Virus record (IMG/VR): IMGVR_UViG_3300031786_000496
Span: 1-25,769 of that record
Length of the DNA stretch: 25,769 nucleotides
Source of the DNA: a virus
Taxonomy: Duplodnaviria; Caudoviricetes
Strand: one strand, 5' to 3'
A program made the translations under genes and the position numbers. Below the pieces are notes generated by a model. That model saw only the letters and a list, made by a program, of their open reading frames with translations. It did not search any database and was not told the origin of the DNA. This document shows positions 7,607 to 15,665 of the stretch, piece after piece (the stretch's first letter is position 1; every line of letters begins with the position of its first letter).

Positions 7607-10426
7607 TTAACAATTTACACAAGGTTCACAACTAGCAAACTCTTCTGTTGGGGATATATTTAATATACGTAAAGTACATGCTTCAATAGTAATATTTCCT
7701 GGGAAAGTAGGATCTACTTTTTGCCAAACGCTTGTTATCGGGCAATCTATATTAAAGTTAGAATAAAAATAGATACCTTGAGTACTTGGATTATAAACTT
7801 CCCATCTTAGCTCATTACTATCATATGCTATAACAATAGGTAGATTATTTACAGTAGTAAACTGAAAATACGGTTTACCATTAAAAAGATTCTGTTCTTT
7901 ATCAATATTATAAACCTGCCCATTAATTGTTATTTTTAAACAATTACAAGGATTCTCTTCTACTGTAAAACAAAGACCTGGAAAATTATCTGCTTTGATT
8001 ACCTTACCTACATAAGCTGAGAGATCAACTGTAGATAGTACAGATACACCATTTACACAGTTTGTTAAGCCATACTCTTTAGGGTCGCATTGCTCACATG
8101 TTTCATATGGCTGACCACTTACAGTAAGATCCTCAAAAGGTAAAGTCTTTTCGTCATTAGGACCAACCTGCCAGCAATCTCCAGGATACTCTACAAGATT
8201 TACAGTTTTGCCTATAAGTTGTCCAAATGATGTATTAGTTGTTTGAATTGTTACATTAGAATCTTTACAGTTATAAAGCTTATAGGATACAAGACAAGTT
8301 TCACAGTCGGTATAAACTTGAGTTACAGTAACTTCTATTGCATCTTGATTACAAGATGTGTCACTTCGGGATATAGAAAAACATCCTTCTTGACCAGCAA
8401 TATTTACAATTTGTCCGTCATATTGAGATAGATCTGTATTTGAATATACCTCAGTATCATCTGCGCAGTTTGTTAGCTTATAACAACATGGGATAAAATT
8501 ATATTGTATAGTAGATTGGCAATACGCGACGCCTGTGTTAGGATCTACGTATACAGTAGCACCCTCACAAGTAGGTGCAGGTATAATCTGTTCAGTGCTA
8601 GAAATACTATCTAAAATATTTTGAACAAGTGTTGCCGCTGTGTCAAAAGCAGATTCATAGTAAAGAAAATTACCACTATCATCTAAACTAGGTACTGGTG
8701 GTCCAGAAAGTGTACCATTCCATGGACCACTAAATGTAGAGTCAAAATAATATCCAGCTGGTTGAACTAAGCTATTAAAAACCCATTCTCTTTCTTGTAC
8801 TGTACCTAAAGCAACAAGTATAATTTTTACACCTTGCTGTCTAATCTGTTCTGCAAGAGCTCTTGCATCATTTGGAGATTGTCCTGTATATGTATAAGGT
8901 AATGCAGAACAAGGAGCAGTAGCAGTAGGAAAACCATCTGTTATAAGTATTATGGTTTTATTAGCAGCTGGATCTCCAGTTATTAATTCAGCATAAGCTT
9001 CACAAAGACCTCTACTGGTACCTGTACCTCCTCCAGTACTTTGTACACAAATGGAATTATTTATATCTGTTTCGTTAGTTGTTAAGGCTATCCCTGTACT
9101 TGCACTACTAGCCCAGTCAACAATTCCTATTTGAGTATTTCCTGCAGATAAACTTGCAGATAAACCAGAAACAACATCTAACATTAATGAATTCATTTGC
9201 CCCCACTCATTGTCTGCAGGAGACGTAGAGCAAAAAGGATAAAGGGCTCCACTAGATGGACTATTGGGTGGGCCAGGTTCCCGGTCATTAACAGATGTAG
9301 AGTTGTCCCTTGCAAATATTATGTCATTAGGAGTAATGGTAGATGGTCCAATGCAAGTACGATTAACAGCATCATAAGTCCAATCTGGCGGACATAGGGG
9401 TCCTGATAATTCAGTGTCTTCACAAAATCCTGTTTGGGGATTAAACTCTGTTTTACCAGGACACTCACCACACTCATAGTCAAGTGTGGATGATAATGCT
9501 TTTGCAATACCTGTGTAATTTGCTTCTTCATTTAAAGTTGCACCACCATTTTGTGTTGTGTGAATAGTAGTAGATGCGCTAGTAATACCAGCACCAATAA
9601 ATATAGCATTTGAACCACTGAAACCAAATACAGCTTGTTCTAAAGGAGCGCCAAAAGGATAGTTACCTACTAAAGTATATCCGATACCTCCTCCAGAACT
9701 ATAATAAATATCTTGATTAGAATCGATTATCCATGTACCTGCACTTTGACCCGCTGTTGATATAAAACTAGTATTAAGATCTATTACTGGTGTTGCTGTT
9801 GAAAGAGAGAAGCTAATACCACCATCTGATGAAACATACACACCATTATCCTCAACAAGAGCAATAACAACATTGATATCATTAAAATGTATAATTCCAA
9901 CAACAAACTTTCCAGCTACAATAGGTGCGTCACTATTAGTGGATTCCCAAGTAAGACCTGTGTTATAGGTCTTATAGATTTTATCAAAAATAGAAGTAAA
10001 CCCTATGAAGTTTGAACCAAAATGTACATTTCTAAAATATATGTTTGGTCCTGCAGATCCGTATAAAGATGCAGGAGTTACACCAGTTAATGTAAATGAT
10101 GTACCTCCATTAAAAGATCGGTATATCTGTGAACCAACTGCTACAATTCTAAGACCATCAAGATAATCTACCGAGTAAAGTGAAACACCTCCAGTTCCAG
10201 GAACTTGAGTAAAAGAAACACCACCATCTGTTGTAGACCATAGTCCTTCACTAGATGATGTTATAAGAGCTTTGTAAGGATCAAAAGTACTAGCTGCAAT
10301 AGAGGTAATATTTGCAAGATTTGACGGATAACCTGAGGGGGTAATGGTTTCCCATGTCAACCCCTGATCATCAGATACTTTTAAATAATTAGCTCCTGTT
10401 GCTAAAACATACGATCTTGTTGCCAT
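7607..10426 (-). CDS. Multidomain surface protein: BNR/Asp-box beta-propeller + vWA domain + three Cys-rich repeats
   Basis: Asp-boxes SDDQGLTW, TTDGGVSF, SFNGGTSF, TYNTGLTW, SSDGGISF, TQNGGATL. vWA with MIDAS: DIIFARDNSTS, GGGTGT, ILITDG. C-terminal YxLxNC...YxxCExC repeats. Confidence 0.85.
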   Translation of the reverse strand: MATRSYVLATGANYLKVSDDQGLTWETITPSGYPSNLANITSIAASTFDPYKALITSSSEGLWSTTDGGVSFTQVPGTGGVSLYSVDYLDGLRIVAVGSQIYRSFNGGTSFTLTGVTPASLYGSAGPNIYFRNVHFGSNFIGFTSIFDKIYKTYNTGLTWESTNSDAPIVAGKFVVGIIHFNDINVVIALVEDNGVYVSSDGGISFSLSTATPVIDLNTSFISTAGQSAGTWIIDSNQDIYYSSGGGIGYTLVGNYPFGAPLEQAVFGFSGSNAIFIGAGITSASTTIHTTQNGGATLNEEANYTGIAKALSSTLDYECGECPGKTEFNPQTGFCEDTELSGPLCPPDWTYDAVNRTCIGPSTITPNDIIFARDNSTSVNDREPGPPNSPSSGALYPFCSTSPADNEWGQMNSLMLDVVSGLSASLSAGNTQIGIVDWASSASTGIALTTNETDINNSICVQSTGGGTGTSRGLCEAYAELITGDPAANKTIILITDGFPTATAPCSALPYTYTGQSPNDARALAEQIRQQGVKIILVALGTVQEREWVFNSLVQPAGYYFDSTFSGPWNGTLSGPPVPSLDDSGNFLYYESAFDTAATLVQNILDSISSTEQIIPAPTCEGATVYVDPNTGVAYCQSTIQYNFIPCCYKLTNCADDTEVYSNTDLSQYDGQIVNIAGQEGCFSISRSDTSCNQDAIEVTVTQVYTDCETCLVSYKLYNCKDSNVTIQTTNTSFGQLIGKTVNLVEYPGDCWQVGPNDEKTLPFEDLTVSGQPYETCEQCDPKEYGLTNCVNGVSVLSTVDLSAYVGKVIKADNFPGLCFTVEENPCNCLKITINGQVYNIDKEQNLFNGKPYFQFTTVNNLPIVIAYDSNELRWEVYNPSTQGIYFYSNFNIDCPITSVWQKVDPTFPGNITIEACTLRILNISPTEEFASCEPCVNC

Positions 10427-10569
10427 TATTCTTTCTTAGTTTCAGTTTCTTTTGCCTCTGCTGTAGAAGTTTGATTAACACATTTAGTACATCCTATTTT
10501 ACCATTAGAAAGTACTTTCTTTTGACATCCGCAGCTCATAGCTGCTCCGCAATTTGGACACTGTGACAT
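10426..10569 (-). CDS. 47-aa Cys-rich peptide (zinc-ribbon/metallothionein-like)
   Basis: Not in the ORF track: MSQCPNCGAAMSCGCQKKVLSNGKIGCTKCVNQTSTAEAKETETKKE*. Fills the gap exactly; its TAA overlaps the next ATG (TAATG at 10424-10428); CxxC-CxC-CxxC pattern. Confidence 0.8.
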   Translation of the reverse strand: MSQCPNCGAAMSCGCQKKVLSNGKIGCTKCVNQTSTAEAKETETKKE

Positions 10570-10584
10570 AATATATTGGTTTAA

Positions 10585-11145
10585 TTAGTTACACGATGAA
10601 CAACCGCAACCGCAAGCAAGTTTGTTTAATTTCTTTACTACATATCTGTACATATCCATACCTTGATCTATACTGTTGCAGTATTCTACTTTTGCTTTAG
10701 CCGCTTTCAAAAAAGTATCAAGCAATTGAACTTCTCTTAGTTTATCTTTTACAGGACCTTGTGGGTCACATGCTTGCAAATTTAAGCAACAAAGTAAATC
10801 ATTTATCTGGTTTAATGCAGAAGTAATTCTTAAATGATTGTACTCAACATAGATATCTGGATTATCATTGATACTATACTTGACATTGTAGACACCATCT
10901 GCAAAGTCATTATAGGTATTCCCACAGTTAGCTGTCTGCAGGCCAATATTGCAAGCGGTAAGGTTTGCAATAAAACCAGTCTCTAAGTTAGACATATAGA
11001 ATGGAGATGTAAACCCGGGAGGAGTTATATCCAATCTAGTGCAGTCTACTACTCCAGCTGAGCTATAAATACTAGCGTCAACTACTCGGAATATGCAACC
11101 TGATAAGGTATCAGGAATATCTAAAGCTAACTGATGTTTCTCCAT
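10585..11145 (-). CDS. Conserved structural protein (possible tail-hub/fibre-attachment protein)
   Basis: 186 aa; beta-rich N-terminal part (DFADGVYNVKYSI) then helical C-terminal part ending CGCGCSSCN; 12 Cys. Its position after the auxiliary-capsid-like gene resembles crAss-like gene order; function inferred. Confidence 0.55.
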   Translation of the reverse strand: MEKHQLALDIPDTLSGCIFRVVDASIYSSAGVVDCTRLDITPPGFTSPFYMSNLETGFIANLTACNIGLQTANCGNTYNDFADGVYNVKYSINDNPDIYVEYNHLRITSALNQINDLLCCLNLQACDPQGPVKDKLREVQLLDTFLKAAKAKVEYCNSIDQGMDMYRYVVKKLNKLACGCGCSSCN

Positions 11146-11158
11146 GTTTATATAAATT

Positions 11159-11195
11159 AAAAAGGAGAGGAGAGTATAACTCCCTCTCCCTTTTT
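11159..11195 (-). terminator. Rho-independent terminator (possibly bidirectional) after the 432-aa gene
   Basis: + strand AAAAAGGAGAGGAGAG-TATAA-CTCCCTCTCCCTTTTT: GC-rich stem with T-tracts on both strands, ~20 nt downstream of the stop at 11213. Confidence 0.8.
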
Positions 11196-11212
11196 ATTAT
11201 TAGTTTAGTTTA

Positions 11213-12511
11213 TTATCCTGCTGAAGGAGGAGTACAAGGTGCAAAACAAGCATACTCTGTAAGAGTTACGCAAGAGCTGCCAGCGTTTGTCAACCAATCT
11301 GTAACAAAATCTTCAAATGCAGTAACCTCACCATCAGTTACAATTTCCAACAAATATTGGTCATTGTCAAATGTACCAGTAGGATTGTTGAAGCGTGGAA
11401 CACTGTGCTGAAGGAAATAACGAGTGTACTGATTACCAGGAGCAATTCTAGTAATTGTAGAGTTTACATCGTAACCCTGAGTAATCTCACGAATACGAAG
11501 ATCTCTACCAGTATAGAAAGGAGTTTGTGCATAAGCTTCTGAAAGAATCAGTTCGCGAATTACATTCTCACCATATCCTGAACCTTGAACTGGCAAACAT
11601 GTATTTGCTACACAAAGGCTTGCAAAAGCACAAGGATCACCATTGTAGTCTACTTCAGAAGCGTAGATTTTAACAGGCTCCAAGTAAGCTTGCAAAGCGT
11701 CAGTTGGGTAGAAAGTACAATCACCAAACTGAGTGTCTACATAAGCACCAGTGATGTATATACCAGCAGCAGAACCGTCAGCAGGAGAAGCATCAGCTAC
11801 ATAAGTGTTCCAGTCTTCGGTAGAAACATTTACGTTATCCTTAGTCATTACACCCAATGATGCACCAGTAATATCAAAAACTTCAATCTGAATAAATGGA
11901 TTAATCAGAGGAGAGTTCAAGAATTGCTTTGCCCATGCAATGTAAACAATTGTTGGGTCAACAATAGAAGGACTATCTGGAGTAGCGCAGCAACCTGTGT
12001 AAGCACTAGCTGTAAAGTAAGAGTTACGAGACAAGAAGCGCAATGCAGGTGAACCTTTCAAATCAAGACGCAAGTAGTAAGTCTCATTGCATTTGAATTC
12101 TGGGTTACATACAGTCTGACCAGGAATAGCCCACTTTGTAGAATCCTCAGCAAGACCATCAGTATCAGGAGTCAAACCTACTGATACGGTAGCTTGTTGA
12201 AGAGGACATGGATCAACTCTGTAGAATGCAGTTACATACTTTGGGTTGATGATCTTAGATTTGCTAGATTCTTGGTAGCCACCATGAAATGGACCAATTT
12301 TGTCATTAGCGTAGATTGACTTAGCCGCTAAAACAAGTGGACATCTAAGAGTTGTACCGTTAACAATACCACCTGCTGGTACAAGCCAGTCAGAAGGTTG
12401 AACAAAAGTAAATTGACCAGCAGTAAGTTCTGTAGTAGCGGTTCCTGCAGTTCCTGCAAGACCTCCGGTACCAATGAATACCTTATTAAAGGCGTGATTA
12501 AAATATGCCAT
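11213..12511 (-). CDS. Abundant virion protein, probably crAss-like auxiliary capsid protein
   Basis: 432 aa, beta-rich, 13 Cys. Codon choice resembles the MCP (TTC/AAC/TAC/CGT); flanked by its own promoter-like motif and terminator; syntenic position matches the third conserved post-MCP gene of crAss-like phages (inference). Confidence 0.55.
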   Translation of the reverse strand: MAYFNHAFNKVFIGTGGLAGTAGTATTELTAGQFTFVQPSDWLVPAGGIVNGTTLRCPLVLAAKSIYANDKIGPFHGGYQESSKSKIINPKYVTAFYRVDPCPLQQATVSVGLTPDTDGLAEDSTKWAIPGQTVCNPEFKCNETYYLRLDLKGSPALRFLSRNSYFTASAYTGCCATPDSPSIVDPTIVYIAWAKQFLNSPLINPFIQIEVFDITGASLGVMTKDNVNVSTEDWNTYVADASPADGSAAGIYITGAYVDTQFGDCTFYPTDALQAYLEPVKIYASEVDYNGDPCAFASLCVANTCLPVQGSGYGENVIRELILSEAYAQTPFYTGRDLRIREITQGYDVNSTITRIAPGNQYTRYFLQHSVPRFNNPTGTFDNDQYLLEIVTDGEVTAFEDFVTDWLTNAGSSCVTLTEYACFAPCTPPSAG

Positions 12512-12552
12512 TTTTAAAAAAATTTAAAGGGTTACAAACAAAAATATATACT

Positions 12553-12565
12553 TAATATAGGAAAT
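12553..12565 (-). promoter_or_regulatory. Putative late promoter motif ATTTCCTATATTA
   Basis: In the 72-nt intergenic gap upstream of the 432-aa gene; same motif as other module starts. Confidence 0.5.
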
Positions 12566-12583
12566 GATTGGCTCACTTCCAAA

Positions 12584-13033
12584 TTATTTCAAGAAAATTA
12601 GTTTATACTTGGTGCCGTTAATTAGTGACTTGACATTGTCTAAGTCATTAATAATCTCAGAATAAGCACAAGCTTTTTGAGCAGCATCTACCTTTTGGTA
12701 GAGGTCATTCAAAAAGTTTACGCAGTCTCCTGCACTAGTGAAGGAAGCTTGTGGAGTAGCTGGAATATTTAACAGCGTCTCGGTTACTCCCTGGTATGAC
12801 TCAGCAATAGAGTCAGCAAGATCACCAATTTCATCATAAAATGCACCCATTGCTGTATGTGCAGCATATGAACCAGGACCTGTAATTTTGAGATGAGCTT
12901 TGTGTACAGAAGTTACTGCTTCTAAAAATTCTGAAACAAGTTTACCCATGTCAGCACCTTTGCTGCTAGAAGACGCGCTCTGTGATTGTTGTGATCCAGT
13001 TTTAAGGGATCTTTTTAAAACATTATTGTCCAT
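12584..13033 (-). CDS. Dps/ferritin-like four-helix-bundle protein (DUF5856-like)
   Basis: VHKAHL...GSYAAHTAMGAFYDEIGDLADSIAESYQG...KYKLIFLK matches the phage Dps-like family, with His/Asp/Glu at ferroxidase-type positions. Ser/Lys/Gln-rich N-terminal extension. Confidence 0.75.
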   Translation of the reverse strand: MDNNVLKRSLKTGSQQSQSASSSSKGADMGKLVSEFLEAVTSVHKAHLKITGPGSYAAHTAMGAFYDEIGDLADSIAESYQGVTETLLNIPATPQASFTSAGDCVNFLNDLYQKVDAAQKACAYSEIINDLDNVKSLINGTKYKLIFLK

Positions 13034-13035
13034 AA

Positions 13036-13740
13036 TTATGTATTATTTTCTGATTGTTGAGATGTGCGCGTATACTGACTAAATGATTCTATATCAGCTG
13101 CTAAGATAGATGCTGCTGCATCTACAATTACCTCTGCAATATCATCTCTGAATTCACACTCTACATCTGTACTTGTTATTGACCCAGTATATGGATCACC
13201 GCAGTTTGCAATAGCAATACGTCTGGGTTGTCTATAGTACATCAGAGTGATATCTCTAATATCAAACTCTCTGTTTGTATAGACCCTAATTGCATTATTT
13301 ACAACTGTGCAAAAAGTCTCCGCCCACTCAAAGTTGGGTTTGCGGAGTTCATCTCTTAGGAGTACACTACTATTAACTTCCTCAACCAGATAGACTATAA
13401 GTTTCTTAGGATCAGTACAACAGTCTTTTGTAGCTGTAATATCAATCTTATGATACTCTAGATAGTTATCTGGTAGAGGCTGAGTTAAATAGTAATCACC
13501 AGAGCTTATAGAAGTTAAAGGTAGGGGTGTAAGTAGATTTTGTAAATCATCAATCTTTCTTACTGTTTGCTCAGCACCTGCTTGTGCAAGATTACGACCC
13601 ATGATCTGTCTACGTACCCACTCAATCTGAGCCTTATTAAAAGCTTCAACAATCTGCCAGCACTCGATATTATCATAGTCCTGACTAGCGAGTTTATTTA
13701 ACCGCTGTTGAATCTTTAATCTAAGGGTACTGTTTAACAT
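13036..13740 (-). CDS. Conserved crAss-like virion protein (tail ring/adaptor-like)
   Basis: 234 aa; N-terminal helix with FNKAQ, DDLQNL, LPDNY, YYRQP and C-terminal CEF...EVIVDAAA pattern typical of crAss-like ring/tubular proteins; syntenic position. Confidence 0.6.
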   Translation of the reverse strand: MLNSTLRLKIQQRLNKLASQDYDNIECWQIVEAFNKAQIEWVRRQIMGRNLAQAGAEQTVRKIDDLQNLLTPLPLTSISSGDYYLTQPLPDNYLEYHKIDITATKDCCTDPKKLIVYLVEEVNSSVLLRDELRKPNFEWAETFCTVVNNAIRVYTNREFDIRDITLMYYRQPRRIAIANCGDPYTGSITSTDVECEFRDDIAEVIVDAAASILAADIESFSQYTRTSQQSENNT

Positions 13741-13742
13741 AA

Positions 13743-14030
13743 TTAACTACAAATCATTTGACCATTAAAACCTCTACGACATGGTTTGCCAGCATTCTTG
13801 GCAGCATGTTTATTTGATTTACCATGACCCCTATAATCAAAACCTTTGTTATCACCAATCCCAGTCACTCTTTGCACAAATCTGCCAAATCCTGTTTTTG
13901 GACGCCAAGGTCCATCACTGCTAGATTGACTTGTACCGTAACCAGATACTGGTTGGTTTTCTACATCGCGAGACATAGAAGCCCCTGTGTAGAGACCACC
14001 CATGTCCATCTTAGGAGTTTTCTTTTTCAT
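13743..14030 (-). CDS. Small basic Gly-rich protein (95 aa)
   Basis: MKKKTPKMDMGG...; TAATG overlap with the upstream gene at 14030. Confidence 0.7.
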   Translation of the reverse strand: MKKKTPKMDMGGLYTGASMSRDVENQPVSGYGTSQSSSDGPWRPKTGFGRFVQRVTGIGDNKGFDYRGHGKSNKHAAKNAGKPCRRGFNGQMICS

Positions 14031-14224
14031 TACTTAACGTTTTTCTTCTTGCTCTTAGGCTCAACAGAAGCTGGTTTGTTACCACCACCTACACGACCAC
14101 CTGCCTTCTTTTGAGCTTCATTAATCTTAACACTTTTAGTAGTACCGGCACCTTTAGAGCCAGCTACTTTTTGAACAGCTTGATTGCCATTCAGCTTTAC
14201 ATAAACACCACCTGATTTTTTCAT
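14030..14224 (-). CDS. Small Lys-rich protein (64 aa)
   Basis: MKKSGG...QKKAGGRVGGG...KSKKKNVK; A-rich leader (TATAAAATG). Confidence 0.7.
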   Translation of the reverse strand: MKKSGGVYVKLNGNQAVQKVAGSKGAGTTKSVKINEAQKKAGGRVGGGNKPASVEPKSKKKNVK

Positions 14225-14242
14225 TTTATATAAGTTTAATAG

Positions 14243-14389
14243 TTATCTTTTCTTAGCCATCTTCCTAAGAGTAATGGCAAGTGCCTTTCTCTTAGGAGTA
14301 CAAGTAGATTTAGTCATAGGCGTACAGTATCCTTTATGTGCAGGATTGATAGCCTTCTGAATCCACTTTTTATCTTTCTTGGCTGCCAT
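14243..14389 (-). CDS. Small Lys-rich protein (48 aa)
   Basis: Not in the ORF track: MAAKKDKKWIQKAINPAHKGYCTPMTKSTCTPKRKALAITLRKMAKKR*; ATG overlaps the upstream TAA (TAATG at 14387-14391). Confidence 0.75.
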   Translation of the reverse strand: MAAKKDKKWIQKAINPAHKGYCTPMTKSTCTPKRKALAITLRKMAKKR

Positions 14390-14634
14390 TACTTTTTCTT
14401 TTTAGATTTTATAGCACCACCTGTTTTTTTTATTTTAGGTTTGCCATAATTAGGTTCCATTAGTTTTGGTTCAGGAGAAGTATACTTAATTGTCTCATTC
14501 ATTTTTTTTACAAGAGCCTGTACTTTAGGGTCTTTTGCAAATCTAGCAGCGTCATAACTAACAGATGTTTTAGTAGTATCAGATTTAGTCTGACCACTAG
14601 TTGTTTTAGACTGGTATTTTTTGATCTTTTTCAT
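14389..14634 (-). CDS. Small Lys-rich protein (81 aa)
   Basis: MKKIKK...IKKTGGAIKSKKKK; starts 1 nt after the upstream TGA (TGATATG). Confidence 0.7.
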   Translation of the reverse strand: MKKIKKYQSKTTSGQTKSDTTKTSVSYDAARFAKDPKVQALVKKMNETIKYTSPEPKLMEPNYGKPKIKKTGGAIKSKKKK

Positions 14635-14635
14635 A

Positions 14636-14785
14636 TCACTTCTTCTTTACAGATCCACCTTTTTTGTAACCAGCTTTGATAAGAGCATTCTTAAGTGCGG
14701 TACCGCCAGCAGTACCACCTTTTTCCATTTTAGTTTTTGAAGAACCTTTCATAGATCCTCCGCAAGACATACATTTCTTTGCCAT
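14636..14785 (-). CDS. Small Lys/Gly-rich protein (49 aa)
   Basis: Not in the ORF track: MAKKCMSCGGSMKGSSKTKMEKGGTAGGTALKNALIKAGYKKGGSVKKK*; fills the gap between neighbours. Confidence 0.75.
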   Translation of the reverse strand: MAKKCMSCGGSMKGSSKTKMEKGGTAGGTALKNALIKAGYKKGGSVKKK

Positions 14786-14802
14786 AGTATTAGTAATTTA
14801 CG

Positions 14803-15048
14803 TTAACATTTCCATTTACGCAAAGCTTTATTGATCCTGCTATCTGGATCATTAGCTGTTTTGCTAGAAGTAAGTTTCTTTTTCATCCCTGACATTCTTG
14901 CACAAAATGACTTTTTTCTAGGTCCACCTTCTGGTTGAGGGGGTTTAATATCATGACCTTCTTTTTTAAGAGAAGCTCTACCCTTAGCGTTAAGTCCACC
15001 ACTTGGTGACTTACCCTCTTTTCTTTGCCATGCAGGTGACTTTGCCAT
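14803..15048 (-). CDS. Small basic protein, DUF6321-like
   Basis: AWQRKEGKSPSGGLNAKGRAS...RKKSFCARMSG...SRINKALRKWKC resembles a widespread aquatic-phage family recalled as DUF6321 (not searched). Confidence 0.75.
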   Translation of the reverse strand: MAKSPAWQRKEGKSPSGGLNAKGRASLKKEGHDIKPPQPEGGPRKKSFCARMSGMKKKLTSSKTANDPDSRINKALRKWKC

Positions 15049-15049
15049 A

Positions 15050-15295
15050 TTACTTTTTCTTCTTTTTGTACTTGTAATCAGGGTTATCCTTGTGCCACTT
15101 TTTAGTGGATGCTACACCTTCTGCTACTGTCTTTGCTCTACCAATCTTAGTTAGGTTTATGGTATCCCACTTACCTTTATCTTTAGTAGGGTGGTTTACC
15201 ATAATATCACCGGGTTCTCCTTTACCACGTTTAGTAGTCTTCTTATAGACTACATGCTTCTCACCACCCGCTGTTACTTTAACTTTTCTTGCCAT
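15050..15295 (-). CDS. Small Lys-rich protein (81 aa)
   Basis: MARKVKVTAGGEKH...KYKKKKK; TAATG coupling at 15295. Confidence 0.75.
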   Translation of the reverse strand: MARKVKVTAGGEKHVVYKKTTKRGKGEPGDIMVNHPTKDKGKWDTINLTKIGRAKTVAEGVASTKKWHKDNPDYKYKKKKK

Positions 15296-15507
15296 TACTT
15301 TTTAGGGTTAGCAATACCACCTAACATTTTAATTTGCTCTTGAGCAAGTTTCTTTACATCACCCATCATCTTAGCATCCTTACGGATCTCATCTGCTCTA
15401 CGAAGTGTGTTCATAGCAGATTCTACCTCCCACTTACGCATCTCTGCTTTAGATGACATAGATACTGTAGGAGAAGACTTTTTAGTGGTTGACTTTTTAG
15501 TAGCCAT
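15295..15507 (-). CDS. Small basic helical protein (70 aa)
   Basis: MATKK...KWEVESAMNTLRRADEIRKD...MLGGIANPKK; TAATG coupling on both sides. Confidence 0.75.
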   Translation of the reverse strand: MATKKSTTKKSSPTVSMSSKAEMRKWEVESAMNTLRRADEIRKDAKMMGDVKKLAQEQIKMLGGIANPKK

Positions 15508-15665
15508 TACTTTTTGGTTTTTGATTTAATTTTCTTTTCTTGTTTCAGCATCTCTTTGGTAGGCTTCTTACCAGAACCAGCATTTGCACGGATGTTATCC
15601 CACAGCCCTCTTTGACTGTAGGATCCATCTTTGCGCTTAATCATTTGTTTTTTACTTGCTGCCAT
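15507..15665 (-). CDS. Small Lys-rich protein (52 aa)
   Basis: Not in the ORF track: MAASKKQMIKRKDGSYSQRGLWDNIRANAGSGKKPTKEMLKQEKKIKSKTKK*; stop overlaps the next ATG. Confidence 0.75.
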   Translation of the reverse strand: MAASKKQMIKRKDGSYSQRGLWDNIRANAGSGKKPTKEMLKQEKKIKSKTKK

